DNA from: Haliotis cracherodii
Taxonomy: Eukaryota
Length of the DNA: 64,000 bases
Direction: 5' to 3'
NCBI RefSeq assembly: GCF_022045235.1
Contig: NW_027266341.1
Coordinates: 23,002,001 to 23,066,000, forward strand
Both the position numbers and the translations under genes were made by a program. Every line of letters begins with the position of its first letter. Within the stretch, counting starts at the first letter, position 1. Below, one piece after another: positions 23,433-36,523 of this stretch. The notes under the pieces were generated by a model. That model was not told where the DNA came from, did no database searches, and worked only from the letters and a program-made list of their open reading frames with translations.

Positions 23433-25310
23433 AGAGTAACTTGTCTGCCTACTAAGTGAAAGAAAGGAAAGAAATTAATTCCCAGTAGAAATTTAGGGGC
23501 AAAATTGAGGTGAATATGTGTTAAGAGAATGGTACAAATGGATTGCAGACCAAAATACACTCATCTGTCTACAAGGTGAATTGCTGCAAAGGTGTCCTGT
23601 CAAAACCTTCAAGTTTCTCTTGTCAATTTCAGCATACCAGTGGGAATGACATGTTAATTTTCAACAGTACTTTTTGCAGATCAAACTTCCCTTTTCAGGA
23701 AGAGAACAGAAAACGGCGTAGACTCCTAAGGGTCACATCCAGGCAGCCATCATCCTTGTTCAAAACAGCCTCCATAGGAACCAGGACTTGAGATTTCTAT
23801 GTTTAGCAGCAACTTGCTTTGGTCAATAATGCCAAAACATTAAGGTGGCAAATGTGTTACCCGAAAAAAAGACGCCAATTCACAAGGGCACTATTTGCTA
23901 TAGCGGGATTCTTTAAGCTTGAAGTGATGGATTGGATTGGACTTTACTGTTAATAATTCACACTCCTCAACTAGAAGAACTTGACAAGTGTCAACATACA
24001 ATAAGAACGTATCCACTTCTAACATAATTACGATATTAGTGATTTTCTGAACGGAGATCAGAGGTTGTTCTCTGAATAGTGATCAACAATCTACAGATAA
24101 TGTTTTTGCTGTGTCACAACAAAATTGAAGATGTTACAAATCGATTGAACAGACCTTGAATAACGGAAATTCCTTTTTGAATAAAGTTAAACGGTTTGGA
24201 CTCAACCAGAACCCTTAACCCTTAATATAATATAATGCTTTCAATTGCTTTGCTGAAAAATGACTCGGCATGTATGAAAACTTGTTTGCTGGTATTAAGT
24301 TGTGACACTTAAGTCATGCTGTAATTGTTTTCTACAGTGCATGTGAAATTGATGGACTTGAGTGTCTGCGTAATGATGTCAAGTGAGTGAGTTGACCTGA
24401 TTAGTGCATTTCACCTATATCATTGTCTAATGCAAAAAGCCCAAAGAGATGCAAGATGAAGATGGGTAACTCTTTTGAACAAGCATTAAATACTTTAATG
24501 AGTGCAAGACAAGACCCTGAACACAAAGGCTCCCTTGGGCTGGTTCTAAAGAGTCATTGACACCGACTTTAAAAACCTGTTTCATATGCTGTTAGCTGAG
24601 TGGTACCTTTAGCCATCTCGGTAGGATAGTGTTTCTTGAGATCAGTAGGGGCAAAGTTAACATTGCATACAGATTTTTGTAATTAGGAAAAAAAAAGATA
24701 ATTAAAAGAAATCAACATAAAGTAAGCAGTTGCCCATTTGATTGATTAGTGTGGAAGTAACTATGGCTCATTAATAGTGGAGACCCATATCTGTGCAAAC
24801 TTTGAACAAATATTGAACGGTCTTTCAGTTATGCTCTTGAAACAAACATTACCCTTATTTGAACCTAATTTCAATTTGTTGTCATGGAAACCTGAATTTC
24901 CAAAATTCCTAACTACCCAAAGGCACCAGTTCATGGCTTGACTGATATTGGTGTAAAAATTGTTCCATTGAATTGTCTTGAATTGAGTTATGCTCAAGAA
25001 ACAAGACCGAGGGAAAGACAGACAGCATCCATTCCATCTCATACTTCAAGATGGGACAATAATGGTCAAGAAGCATGAGCATGGTGCAGACAGATCAAAA
25101 ATAACAATCTGGTTTAATTTGTCAATGACAAGGGGATCCTGGCATGACGAAGGGAGGAAACTCTGCACAGCTACTTGCGATGCAATAGCCCACTGGGCCA
25201 TCAATGGCCAGGTGAATAAAACACTTAGAATCATGCCTATACCATATTTATATACCAGTACACAGATGTATTTACATCAAATCCATCCCAGCAACCTATG
25301 CTTGTCGTAA

Positions 25311-25530
25311 GAGTGAGTGAGTGAGCTGGGTTTAACACCACTTTGAACAGTATTTCAGTTATATCATGGCGTGACAGCTTGAGGAAAGCTTTGAAACCCA
25401 CAAGCACGGGTATGGTGCTGACACCTAGAAACAGAAAGGGGGCAATCGGGATTCGAACCCATAATCATAGGTTTCTGGTGTGTCGAAGGGACCCAAGTCG
25501 GCACAAGGAATTGCAGCGCCTTAGAAGACT
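25311..25530 (-). mobile_element. SINE family B, diverged
   Basis: (GAGT)n tail and family B body segments. Confidence 0.8.
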
Positions 25531-25593
25531 AAATCAATTGGGTGGCCAAGGCTCAGTCACTTGGTTGATTGCATGTTATCAAATCACAGCTTG

Positions 25594-25850
25594 GACCAGT
25601 GAAGATCCAGGGTAGACCAGATCTTCAGCGACCCATGCTTGCCGTAAAAGGCGACTATGCTTGTAAGAGGCGACTAACGGGATAGGGTAGTCAGGCTTGC
25701 TGACTTGGTTGATGCATGTCATCATATCCAAATTGTGTGGATCGATGCTCATGATGTCAATCACTGGATTGTCTCTTCCTGACTTGATTATTTACAGATT
25801 GCCATTGAATAGCTTGAACATTGTGAAGTGCAGCGTTAAACAACAAACAT
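25594..25850 (+). mobile_element. Family C retroposon, full length
   Basis: Aligns with 5209-5478. Confidence 0.87.
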
Positions 25851-25974
25851 ACAATTAAAACCATCTTGGTCAGTACAGGTTTAACAATACAGCTTTGTTG
25901 GGTCATAACATTCCCAAATACAAAAAAGATTATTCCAAGTTGCTTGCTTGAAATCTTTGATGATGATTCCTCAC

Positions 25975-26017
25975 ACTAAAAAAACACACACATAATAGTA
26001 TATTTCATATTTTTAAT
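25975..26017 (-). terminator. Probable polyadenylation site of the protocadherin
   Basis: Minus-strand ATTAAA (26017-26012) is followed about 20 nt later by TGTGTGTGTTTTTTT. Several TGTA motifs lie upstream. The site is about 850 nt past the stop codon. Confidence 0.55.
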
Positions 26018-26847
26018 GGGTGGAAATTCTGTACAGTTTGTACAATATACATTTTCTATGTACACAGTACTACTTGGACACTGATAAAATAGCACTCTGG
26101 ATTAAAAGTATCCAAATTGGTGGCAATTTGAATGATATCACGTCTTGTTAAATATGTTAAGTACACCAGCTTCCTCAAGGCAGAAGCCATCTATTGCATC
26201 ATCTTATTCCTCTTTCAATTCATCTTTCAATACAAAAATAGCATTACCTAAAACTAATATGCTTTGCCAACAAAGAGCAAATATATTATACCTTGTACTT
26301 TATGCCTTTTAAAAAGTCATTTTCCAAATTAGATTTTCTCATTTGATTTACCATACAATACTCCTAAATCCTTCAAACATATAAGTCAAAAGAACAAAAA
26401 CAGAAGAAAAGCATTTTATGAATGTGATATTCACCTTACAAAAGTAGTAAAAATGGAAATAAAATTTGCAAAGAGGTTAAAATATGTCATGACATTGAAC
26501 GATGGTTTAAATGGTTTAGTCAACACAAACAGCAGCATCAATTTGTACAGTCACAATAATCTCATATCACACTATAAACAATAAGTTCAATACATTCAAC
26601 AAATAATTTTACTATTTACAATTTCACTCTCCATTCATACCCATTTATACAAATAGCACCAATTATGCATGGATAATGTATGTTGGACTCTGTGCAGGGC
26701 ACAAGAAGGCTGTCAATGCCTCTACACAGGTCAACTGCCGGGGATCACGTAATACTGGACTGGCTATCAAATGTAAAGCCCTTGCAAAAATTCCAGTCCT
26801 GGTGTCTCGGAAAATCACATTCACGGAACAATCAAGGACGATTCTGG

Positions 26848-27395
26848 CTACACAATGATGTCTTTGAAGAATAAATTGTCTATTTCATTGCACAATTCTT
26901 CGGCATTAATCGTGTAACTACCTGACGTGGTCGTCCTTTCATCGTCTTCGTGCATTGTCATGGCACTGTCGCATAAGACGTCATCCATATCACCAATAGA
27001 GTACCTCATTCCTGGTGTACTCTCCGTAACATCAATAAATGTTCCCTGATTGGGCGTATGTCCAGTAAATCGAACACGATTCATTGCCCTTAGATGATAG
27101 GGAGTCTGAGAAGCATTTCTTTCACTCCTAGCAAATGTTTGCATTGGTATATTGTCTCCGTGTAACCTTTTTTTACGTTTTGCGTCCACAGTGGTATTTG
27201 CAGTCACACTATCATCACTAAAGCTGATATTACGGGGGTAGTGGTTGCCGTGAATTTCTCCAAGACGTGGGCTCATGGCAGACCTCAGACTAAGTTGCGA
27301 ATTTGTGCTTCGTGTTGTGTCATGACTAGTATCACGAGACAGGACGTAGGTACCTCGGCCAGGCTGGTATCTCGGGCTGTAAGTTTTCACATCGT
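26848..27395 (-). CDS. Protocadherin last coding exon (distal cytoplasmic tail)
   Basis: Acceptor TTGTTTTCAG|AC, whose phase matches the preceding exon. Encodes DDERTTTSGSYTI and ends KDIIV*. Confidence 0.85.
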
Positions 27396-29520
27396 CTGAA
27401 AACAAGAATACAAACATTACTCAAAATATCATACTGATAGTTTATAAATAGTCATATTAACCCACAATACAACATAGGCACAAGTGTACGATATAGTGAG
27501 TATTAACACTCTCTAGTCCGTGATAGATTACTTAATGCTAAATACGCAATTTTGCAGCTATTTTCAACAGCATCTGCTCGAACTTGTTAAAGCAAGTAAC
27601 ACAGCAACGACTTTCTACATACAACTCAGTTTGACAGTTACAATAAATTAGATACATAATATCCAATCAAATCAATTAATATTTGAATTTAATACTGTCC
27701 AAAATTTGTGAGAAAATTGTACTTCAGCTCTTGTCACATCACTACAGTAATAAAGTTCTCCATATGATTTGAATTGCTTTTATGTCTTACTCAATAACGA
27801 ACATGGAAATCTCTTAAACGTCATTTCAAGTACCTGTCACATAACTCATCAACCTGGCCGACAACTTAACCCTCTTGATGACAAAGCAAATGTAGGTGAG
27901 GGTAATAGCAAATGTCAACATTCCACTTAGCACTGAGACAGTTAATTGCACTCTGAATCGAGACTAGGTTATAATACTTAACATGACAGCTTCAACAGGA
28001 CCTAATGTAGCGACGTAACCGCTTCCTTGCGGATTATGGGAATTTTATGTTACAACTTTACATTGAAAGTGCTAGAGTCACATCCATGTCACCGAACAAG
28101 AGCTATCATTTATCAGCCAATTCTTAACAAGATCTCCTCTAAATTAAATTAATGGTTTTAAAGCTTTTCACCAGATGAAAAATGGATTAACAAATTATTT
28201 AAATGTGAAATATGACATTACACGCATTTGCAATGTTGTTTTTTAAAGATGAAATTTGCATAATGAATTTACAAATATACACAGAGGAAGACATGCAGAA
28301 TAAGAGATGCTAGACAAACATAATGATGAAAAATATAGTGAAAACATTGATTGTCTTTTAAACACAGAACAAAGGAACCCAAAAGAAGAATCAATGTCAT
28401 AAATAAATAACAGTAAATTTGTGATGGTCATGATAAGTCTCTCGCTTACTGAAAAATTCAATATTGAACTTCCATGCTTCTGCAGTGTGACAAAAGGGAG
28501 GTAAGAAAGGGAATAAAAACACTTTGTGTATCTTTGGCATACAGTCTTTGAGAAGGAAGACAGATGGAATGATCAAGTTAATATAAAGATTTCTTCAAAG
28601 TAAACTCAAGAAAAAGTCTCAGAAGCAACATTACAAGAAAATCAAAATGATCCTAATCCATACTAGCTGACCATGCATATTCGTACTAAACCACAACCAT
28701 ATTCGTTACATTCAACCAAAGACAACCCATTTCCTATATTTGCTCAAAGAATGTTCAAAGACCATATTTTCTGGCCACAAATAACAAAGAATCTTTGTAA
28801 GACTGAGGCTATATTTTCGACTGCTTTGACAGCACACAGCCATCTTTACTGGTATACTCTCATCCACCATGGTTTGCTACAAAGCAACAGAGACCAAGGA
28901 TTAAGAATTTAAGCCCACAGTGTTTACGAGAAATACTCATGCAATGCTGGGATTAGATGCGCCAGCCTCGATGTATGGCACTTGACTCAAGTTTAAAATA
29001 CACGCATATCACTTGACAATCTTTAAGCTCTGGTTAAAAGGATCAAAATACTGCCAATTTTCCACAGGTGAATCTCAACAGCCTATGTGGTGTTACTGCT
29101 CTTCGCAGATTGAAAGAGTGAGTTTGGACTTAATATGTTCAGTAATATCATTTCAGTCTGTAGAGTGAGTGAGGAGGGTTAAATGCTGCTTATAAAGATA
29201 CATTTCAGGCCACATCAATGCTTTTCACACATTGTGTCAATTTGAGTAACTGTGAGGAGCCAATGCTTTAACCACTATGTGATACAAAGATATTGACACT
29301 GGTACAAAGAAACTAGTGGTGTATTCACAGAAGATGATCCATTGAGAAAAAACAGCCCAAATAGATACAGCATTAGTAACTAGCAATAATACAATTGTCC
29401 TAATTTTAATTCATACTTGTTAAGATATGGGAATAAGCAGAAATTGATAAAAACCCAAAATTGCCTCCTATACCATCAGAAGGACTCATGAGTTTAGGTT
29501 CTACACCTACACACAAGGAG

Positions 29521-29686
29521 TAAGTGAGTGAGTTTGATTTTACGCCACTTTTAGCAATATTCCAGCAATATCACGGCGGGGGACACCAGAAATGGGCTTC
29601 ACACACTGTATTCATGTCGGGAATCGAACTGGGGTCTTTGGTGTGACAAGCGAATGCTTTAACCACTAGACTACCCAACCGCCCCC
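29521..29686 (-). mobile_element. SINE family A in a protocadherin intron
   Basis: TSD CCTACACACAAGGA and A/B-box-like motifs. Confidence 0.9.
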
Positions 29687-32101
29687 TACACACAAGGATT
29701 ATTTCCATGTAGTTGTTATCGTCCTCAGACATAGTTAATCCCCAGTTAGTGTCATCTTTTGGGTTAAGCATTAGGTTCTGGGTTCTTTTCTTCTTTGAAC
29801 TCTTGAGAGAAAGGGCAGGTAGGTTTAATCACGGACACTAGTCCCAAGACAAGTGAAAATCTGTGGGACAACTGGCATTATTCCCTAATCTGGTCTCTTT
29901 TTAAGAGAAACTCTGTTGAAATGGACTGTTGTGTTTAAGGCCCTCTGTAAGTCGTCAGTACCAAATGCAAAAGTTGATTGAAACTTGAGTTTGAAAGGTT
30001 ATGACATCTGGACAGTACAAGCTTTCAAAACACACACTTATTAATAAAAACACACATATGAGGGTTGTTTTTTTAAAGGTTAGATCTGCAATTGTTCCAT
30101 TGCATTATATCTAACATCCTACCCAAACTATATATTGACATTTGGTTAGTTCTGCAATACACTCTCACAGCAAACACTTTGATCTATACCTCTTAACAGT
30201 CCATTTTCTATATGTCAGCACTACAAAACAAAATGATAATTACATCAGCTATATTTAGATGAACCTATAAAAGCACAGGGTTTCTTTAGTGAACATGCAT
30301 TACCTTCAACAGTCACATGTGGACTAAGGACATTTAACTATTAGTCATCACAGAGTTTCTGAATTACAAACTATCTTAGTAATTTCCTCTGCAATGAAAA
30401 ATTAGAATGAATTAAAACTACAAATGAAATTTGGTCCCACGTGCACTTATTAATCAAAGTTGCATTCATCAATTAATGCGAACCCTGGGACTATAATCCA
30501 CAATAATGAAAATTACGCCCAAAGTGGAAGTGACATTGATGACCTTATGTCACCGAGTTGCTTGGACAGCTGAAATAGAATTGATATGGAACAGAGAACA
30601 AGCAGGGGCGGAAACATACCAAGTAATGCATTGGAACAAAGACCAGGCAAGGAAGTTGCTAAAGCAGCTAAGAGGGTTACAACACTCAGAAGGAATAAAC
30701 AAACATATGCAACTGCTACCACAAGAGCCAAGCAAAAGGTCAAGGTTACGATGAAAGATGTGATGAAATTTGTGATGACTTACAACTAAGCAGGTTATCG
30801 TGACCAGGATTCCATCTTAGCTATACATAGCTAGCATGACGGACTATCGCTGAAATAGGCAGACATGATTTGTATGTATATGATTGCAATTTGGTGTGAA
30901 ATATCTATCTACAAAAGCAGATGTTTTAAGGCAAGATGTTTCTAATCTGTTAATAAAGCAATTTCGAAATGTTAAATATATGAAGAAACGATTGCAAAAA
31001 AATTTCCTTCAAGGCATTTTTTAAATACAAAGGTACAAAAAATAACGTAATTGTGAGTTCTACCATCTAAGAGTGCTTTTGTAGGTGACGGATTATCATA
31101 TTACTATGCAGTTCTAGTGTGGTATGGTCATGCTTGTGCTGTACAGGCAATGCATACACATCTACACACACGACAAACTCATCGATTCACCAATTGTTCC
31201 ATCAAGATAATTCTAGGGACAATGATTAACCAGCAGGAAACAGTAATTAATACCCATAGAAGTATCTACCTGCTAATGAGGGAAATCTACGCCAAACAAT
31301 TTCAGAGTAGCCATAATGGGGAGATCTCTTTGTTCGTCAGCCTTAATCATCTTCGAGTAGCATTCTCGAGTCGGTTAAATTAATTTCTGAAATATTAATC
31401 CTAGCTAAATGAAGTATTGATGACAAGTACCGATTTAATTATGTCCATGTGCAAGAGAGCCCTGGCCACAATCTTGCATGAGTGGTCAGAAGCTACTTTT
31501 CATAGCTGACTGACCTTCCAATGCCAAATGTCAATCATCCTCGGACTTTCGTGATTATTTGTTAATTACAGTTCCATGGATCGGTCAGTCCAGTTTTAAT
31601 TTTAGGGACTATTCCCCTGCAGATGTTCCTATTTAGATGAATTTATTAGATGTATTATTTGAATTACTTGAATGGTTACTGGGAAACTGATCCTACACTT
31701 CGCATCTCAAGTATTTGTTCTTCAGCTTTTTGCTCCAAAAAAATCCTGTTAGGATTTCATACATGTTTGTCTTCCATCTTAATTTGTTATTTGTATGCAT
31801 GCAATGATATACAAGACTAACTCAGACAAAACACTCACTCTAAAGCTCATGCTATGTCACAAGAGATGGATAAACAACTCCAGTGCAAAGTTTATCATAG
31901 GAAAACTGAATTAATTCTAATTCCATGCATGTTACTAAAATCTTATTTTCGCAACCAAAATACATCAGTATGAAATTAGTAAAATATCTGAAACGCATTC
32001 TTCAGAGGAAATCAACATTCATTAGAAACTAAAATGTTAGCTTTGTATGATTATGGGAAACTGAAACTGTTAGGTTTGCTTCAAACATCATGTCGACTTA
32101 C

Positions 32102-32225
32102 CAGAGTCACTATGAGGCACAGCTGATCCACGGTTACTCTGGGAGTCTTCCTCACTACATCCCCTCCCACTATCTGTTTCTGCCCCCTGAGACAACTCGC
32201 TTGTTACATCATCAGCCTTTTTAAC
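32102..32225 (-). CDS. Protocadherin coding exon 3 (124 nt), absent from the ORF track
   Basis: TATAG|GTT ... TCTG|GTAAGT. Encodes VKKADDVTSELSQGAETDSGRGCSEEDSQSNRGSAVPHSDS with the protocadherin DSG-type motif. Phase 0 in and phase 1 out bridges the neighbouring exons. Confidence 0.88.
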
Positions 32226-32665
32226 CTATAACACCAAACACAGGACACCCTGAAAAAACTTCTCAAATTTCAAATACAAACTTAAAAGACAAATCAAATT
32301 ATTAATTCTTTGAAATGATAAATAGCTGAAAAACAATTGTTCATAAAAAAAGAAAACATTTCCAAATTAAATTCTGACAAAATGTATCTAGTACAAAACG
32401 TCATCATTAGTGTTTCTATCTATGTAAGCAGAAAAAGATTTAATTTTGTTAGTGATTAGGAAAGAAACAATTACCATCCTTCACATGCCAACAATGTCAA
32501 TTAAAGGCTAAATCTTTTTGGGTTTCATCTTAAAAACTGACAAGTGTTCCAAGACACGGATCAGTAACCATTTTTTCACATTTTGCAACTTTGCAAAATG
32601 TGAAACTAATTCCTAGCTTGCAACTTAAATTTATTTTGGAAAAATAAGATTTATTTTTTTCGAAC

Positions 32666-32833
32666 CTCAGTTTCAGACAGCCAATGAGCAGTATCACAGT
32701 CAAGCTCTTGTATTCTTTCCGATGCTAATCTATGTATTTCCCTCTTCTTTTCAGCATAATGTGCCATCTTCAAGTTAGTGTGTTCAGGCGTATGTGTGTT
32801 GTTAGTTAGCACAGAGCTACAGGCTTGTGGATT
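32666..32833 (-). CDS. Protocadherin coding exon 2 (168 nt, symmetric phase 0/0)
   Basis: CTTTCAG|AAT ... GAG|GTTCGA with an open frame NPQACSS...KREIHRLASERIQ...LSETE. The donor is weak. Confidence 0.65.
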
Positions 32834-35800
32834 CTGAAAGATCAATTATTAAAGGAAATTGTAAATTTTTTACACGAGAGGAGAAAAAGGATCTTAGAAA
32901 TGTTCATTGTGAGTACTGTCGGGCTCTGAGCAGGCGAGTCAGACCACTATTATGGCAATGAAATATAGACAGAATTTCGATTGGGGCTCAATAAGGCTGG
33001 CTCCATTTTCTTTTTGTCAGCATTCACTGGCTGGTAGACACATCAGGTTTTAATAAGACCTAGAAAAGCATTATGGTGTCCTCAGACTGTTAGGGAACTG
33101 GCTCACATTACAGAATCCAATTTTGTTGTGTAACGCTAGTTGACTTGATAGATATTTAGAAGTTGCTGCTCAACTGCAATCTATATTCATTAATGTCAAA
33201 CTAAAAGTTATAGCAATCTAATTTAGTTTCATTAATAGAAATCACTTTATACCAAATGACACGTTTAAACAATTATTTAGGCGAATGTGAGACCTGTAAT
33301 TTGTTTTACTTCACGTCAGTATTTAAACATTGAAAGCATGTTTAAAGCCTTTTGATATACTAAAGGAAATAAATACAGGAACACAAGGCAATATTACAGT
33401 ATAACATTTACTACAATTTTTAGAACACAAAATAAAGCTAGTTTGTGTTCACTACATTGTTGAACATTACCTAGAATTGTTTTGGTACATTTCAAACTCA
33501 TACTTCCCAATATAGTTATTCCCTTATTTTCTTCCATCAGTATATAAGCAATGAACAATCTAGAAGCCTTCAGAAGTATTCCTACATAATAAGTTTCATA
33601 TAATGGAGAAAAGTTTGCAAATTACATCTGGAGATTTCAGAATAGTTAGACATACTGAAAAAAACTCAAGTACCTACACACACGAAGCTTCTGAAAATCA
33701 TTTATTCAGTGAAATAGATGGGAAATGCTATCAGATTCCTCCTCAAATTCACATGCTCAGAAAGTGTTACCAGTAATGTCATGCACAGCTCAAAATAGGA
33801 GACACATGAGGTGGTCAAATGAAGCATGTAGGTATGATGTGAAGCTAGGTATTTCCACCTTTCAGAAAATGACAATCCGAGAGCTATTATCAATGTATGA
33901 TTTATGTGCTTATCATAGTGGCAAGGAGTGAAACAGTTTGTCAAGAAATTAATCTCATAATATAGCCATTTGACCTCTCCTATCGACACTGATACATGCA
34001 CATTAACATTGGCGTGATCAAATATTGATATTAATGATAAAGATTAGACGCACTGACATTTCACAGAGCAGTTAGCAATCTTTTTATTTGCTATGCATCA
34101 GTTTTCCAATTTTTTCCAATTTTAATCAAATTCAATTTCATTTTCAAATTTTATTATATCCAAACTTATAAAAGAAATCCTATAAGTTAATATCCAATAT
34201 CTATGAACATTTGTTATTTGACTTAAATTAATATATTTACTCAGTTGACAATATAATGTATTTTCAATCAAGGATGAACAAAATGTTTAAAAATATCTGA
34301 ACCTGTAACAGTTCAAAATCTAAAAGCAATTTACGCAGGAAACATGAAAAGATTACCAGCTGGTGAAATTCTTTCACACTTTTTGGATTATCCCCAATGG
34401 ACAATGGACTTTGTATAGATTTCCTTCAAACCTTTCCCCCCAGTTATGGATGAATGTTGCACCTTTATTTTGTTTGAATATGATTTACTCTCAAATCCAC
34501 CCCCATGAACCAGACTGAAGCTTGTTTGTCTGTAAGGAAGTCCAAATGTTTGCCTTCGTTTTGCCTTCAAACCCCTGTCAGTAGTCTGTCACATAGCCTT
34601 GTGTGCTTCATGGTCAGTGGTAAATATTTACAAAATGTTAGCTTCCAGCTGTCTTTAAACTCAAAATTTAGGGCAATTATATCATGACAGAGGCTAAGGG
34701 GCTACAGCATCTTTCCAAACATAGTGCCCCCCTGAAGGAAATACCACGTTAAGTCGGCACACTAGAGGACATTCGATGAATTTCAGTCAGGTTGATTTTA
34801 CGCGGGAAACGCTTTGATGCCACTATTACTAGGTTTTTCGCAGTTAACTAAATTTGTGTAGAATTTGGATTGTGATTTGTCCTCAACAAGAAATACAAAC
34901 ATAACAGGGAGGCAAGAGAGATGTTGTTGACAGTGGACAGTATTAAACAAATATCATGGAAATCTTGACTGATGAAATAAAATATGAAATAAATATGATG
35001 CAATGCCATTTCACATTCGAATCGGTTAAAATAATACTGAATAAATCGTTAATTGAATATATACTTATTGGATACGGTTTTATCTGAATGTCTCCTTTAT
35101 GATTATGTTAGTATTTGGAATAGGTTATCCAGCATAGCCTACCATAGAGTGAGGGATTAATATTACGAAAATGTCACAAGACTAAAAGCCATTTATCAAC
35201 AATTCCAACCTTGACGTCGTATCATTTATTATATATCTGAAACCATTACAATGACAAACATATTAGCATACACAGGTGGAATCACCACAACATGTTTACT
35301 TTTATTCTCTGTATCAACAGAATGGAAATTGATAGAAACTATGTCAATATTTTTAATAAGAATCGGTACATAATCTTTATCCCTTGGAAGGGTGGACTAA
35401 CAACCAAACCAAAGGAGCATGGTCTGAAGAGAGACTGCTTAAGTTCACAGATGAACAAAAGCAAATTATTTGTCACCGGGATCTATGATACTTTGTATCA
35501 ACACTTGATTGAACCATAAGTAAACATTCCTAAGCCTCCACGTAACCCAAGCACAGGGGATTAATCCAGTATGAAGTTAAATGGCTTTCAAATTTGGCGT
35601 CATCGTTTCCCTCCATGGTAAGCCAGCAATCCCTACTGGCCCTTAAGGGCATATCACTTGTCACATCGAGTTGAAGGGGACTGGTATCTGATTGTTGAAA
35701 GGTGGGCCTCAAATTAGTCCTGCTTGATAAAATTCAGATGAAATGGACCAAAATAGAGTAGTTATCACAATTTAAATTATTTTGTTGCCTGGTGTCAGGT

Positions 35801-36523
35801 AATTTGTCTTTGGGAACAATTGGAGTTTGCTCATCACAACGTGTCATTTTACAGGGGTCCAATTGAGCCAAATGGGGAGGATGACCCAACGGTATTATTC
35901 AACACTGATATATACTCCAGGCTATGAGAGAACTGACAAATAACTACCATTGATTGAGGAATCGTGAAAGAAATGGAAAAGGCTGATTAGGCGCAATTAA
36001 AGGAAGCAATATGTGAAGTGGTAGAGGATGAAACGAGAGAAAATAGAGTAAGGAGTAAAGATGCCTAGGATCTCATTTTACTGCTGGTTCCTTTCTTGCC
36101 TGGCTATTAGCACTTTCCAAATCTATTAAATCATTTGATGATTTAGAAACTCACTCTCACTGTTAATGCATTATAAATTGCTGTTTAAGTCCTGCCCTGT
36201 CATCCGACAGAGTGATAAGGCAACAGAGGAACATAAAGAAAGATTCATTCTGACAACTATTGTTAATATCTTTAAGTGAGCTTTTATGCAACATTTAGCA
36301 ATATTCAAGCAATATCACAGCAGGGGACACCAACATTGCACTGCACATAGAGTACATGAAGAATAGAACCCTGATCCTTAGTGACAGCAGTAAACACTTT
36401 ACCCACTAGGCTACTCCATCACCACTGTATTCTACACTAATAGATATAATAAAGAAGGCTATATATCATTCACAAGCTATGGTTAATAACTACTTATTAG
36501 GAACATAATAAATGTATACTTAC

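Noticed and set aside
35530-35712. Possible extra protocadherin exon in intron 1
   Set aside because: The nearby AG acceptors I checked give an immediate stop in phase 0, and there is no recognisable motif.
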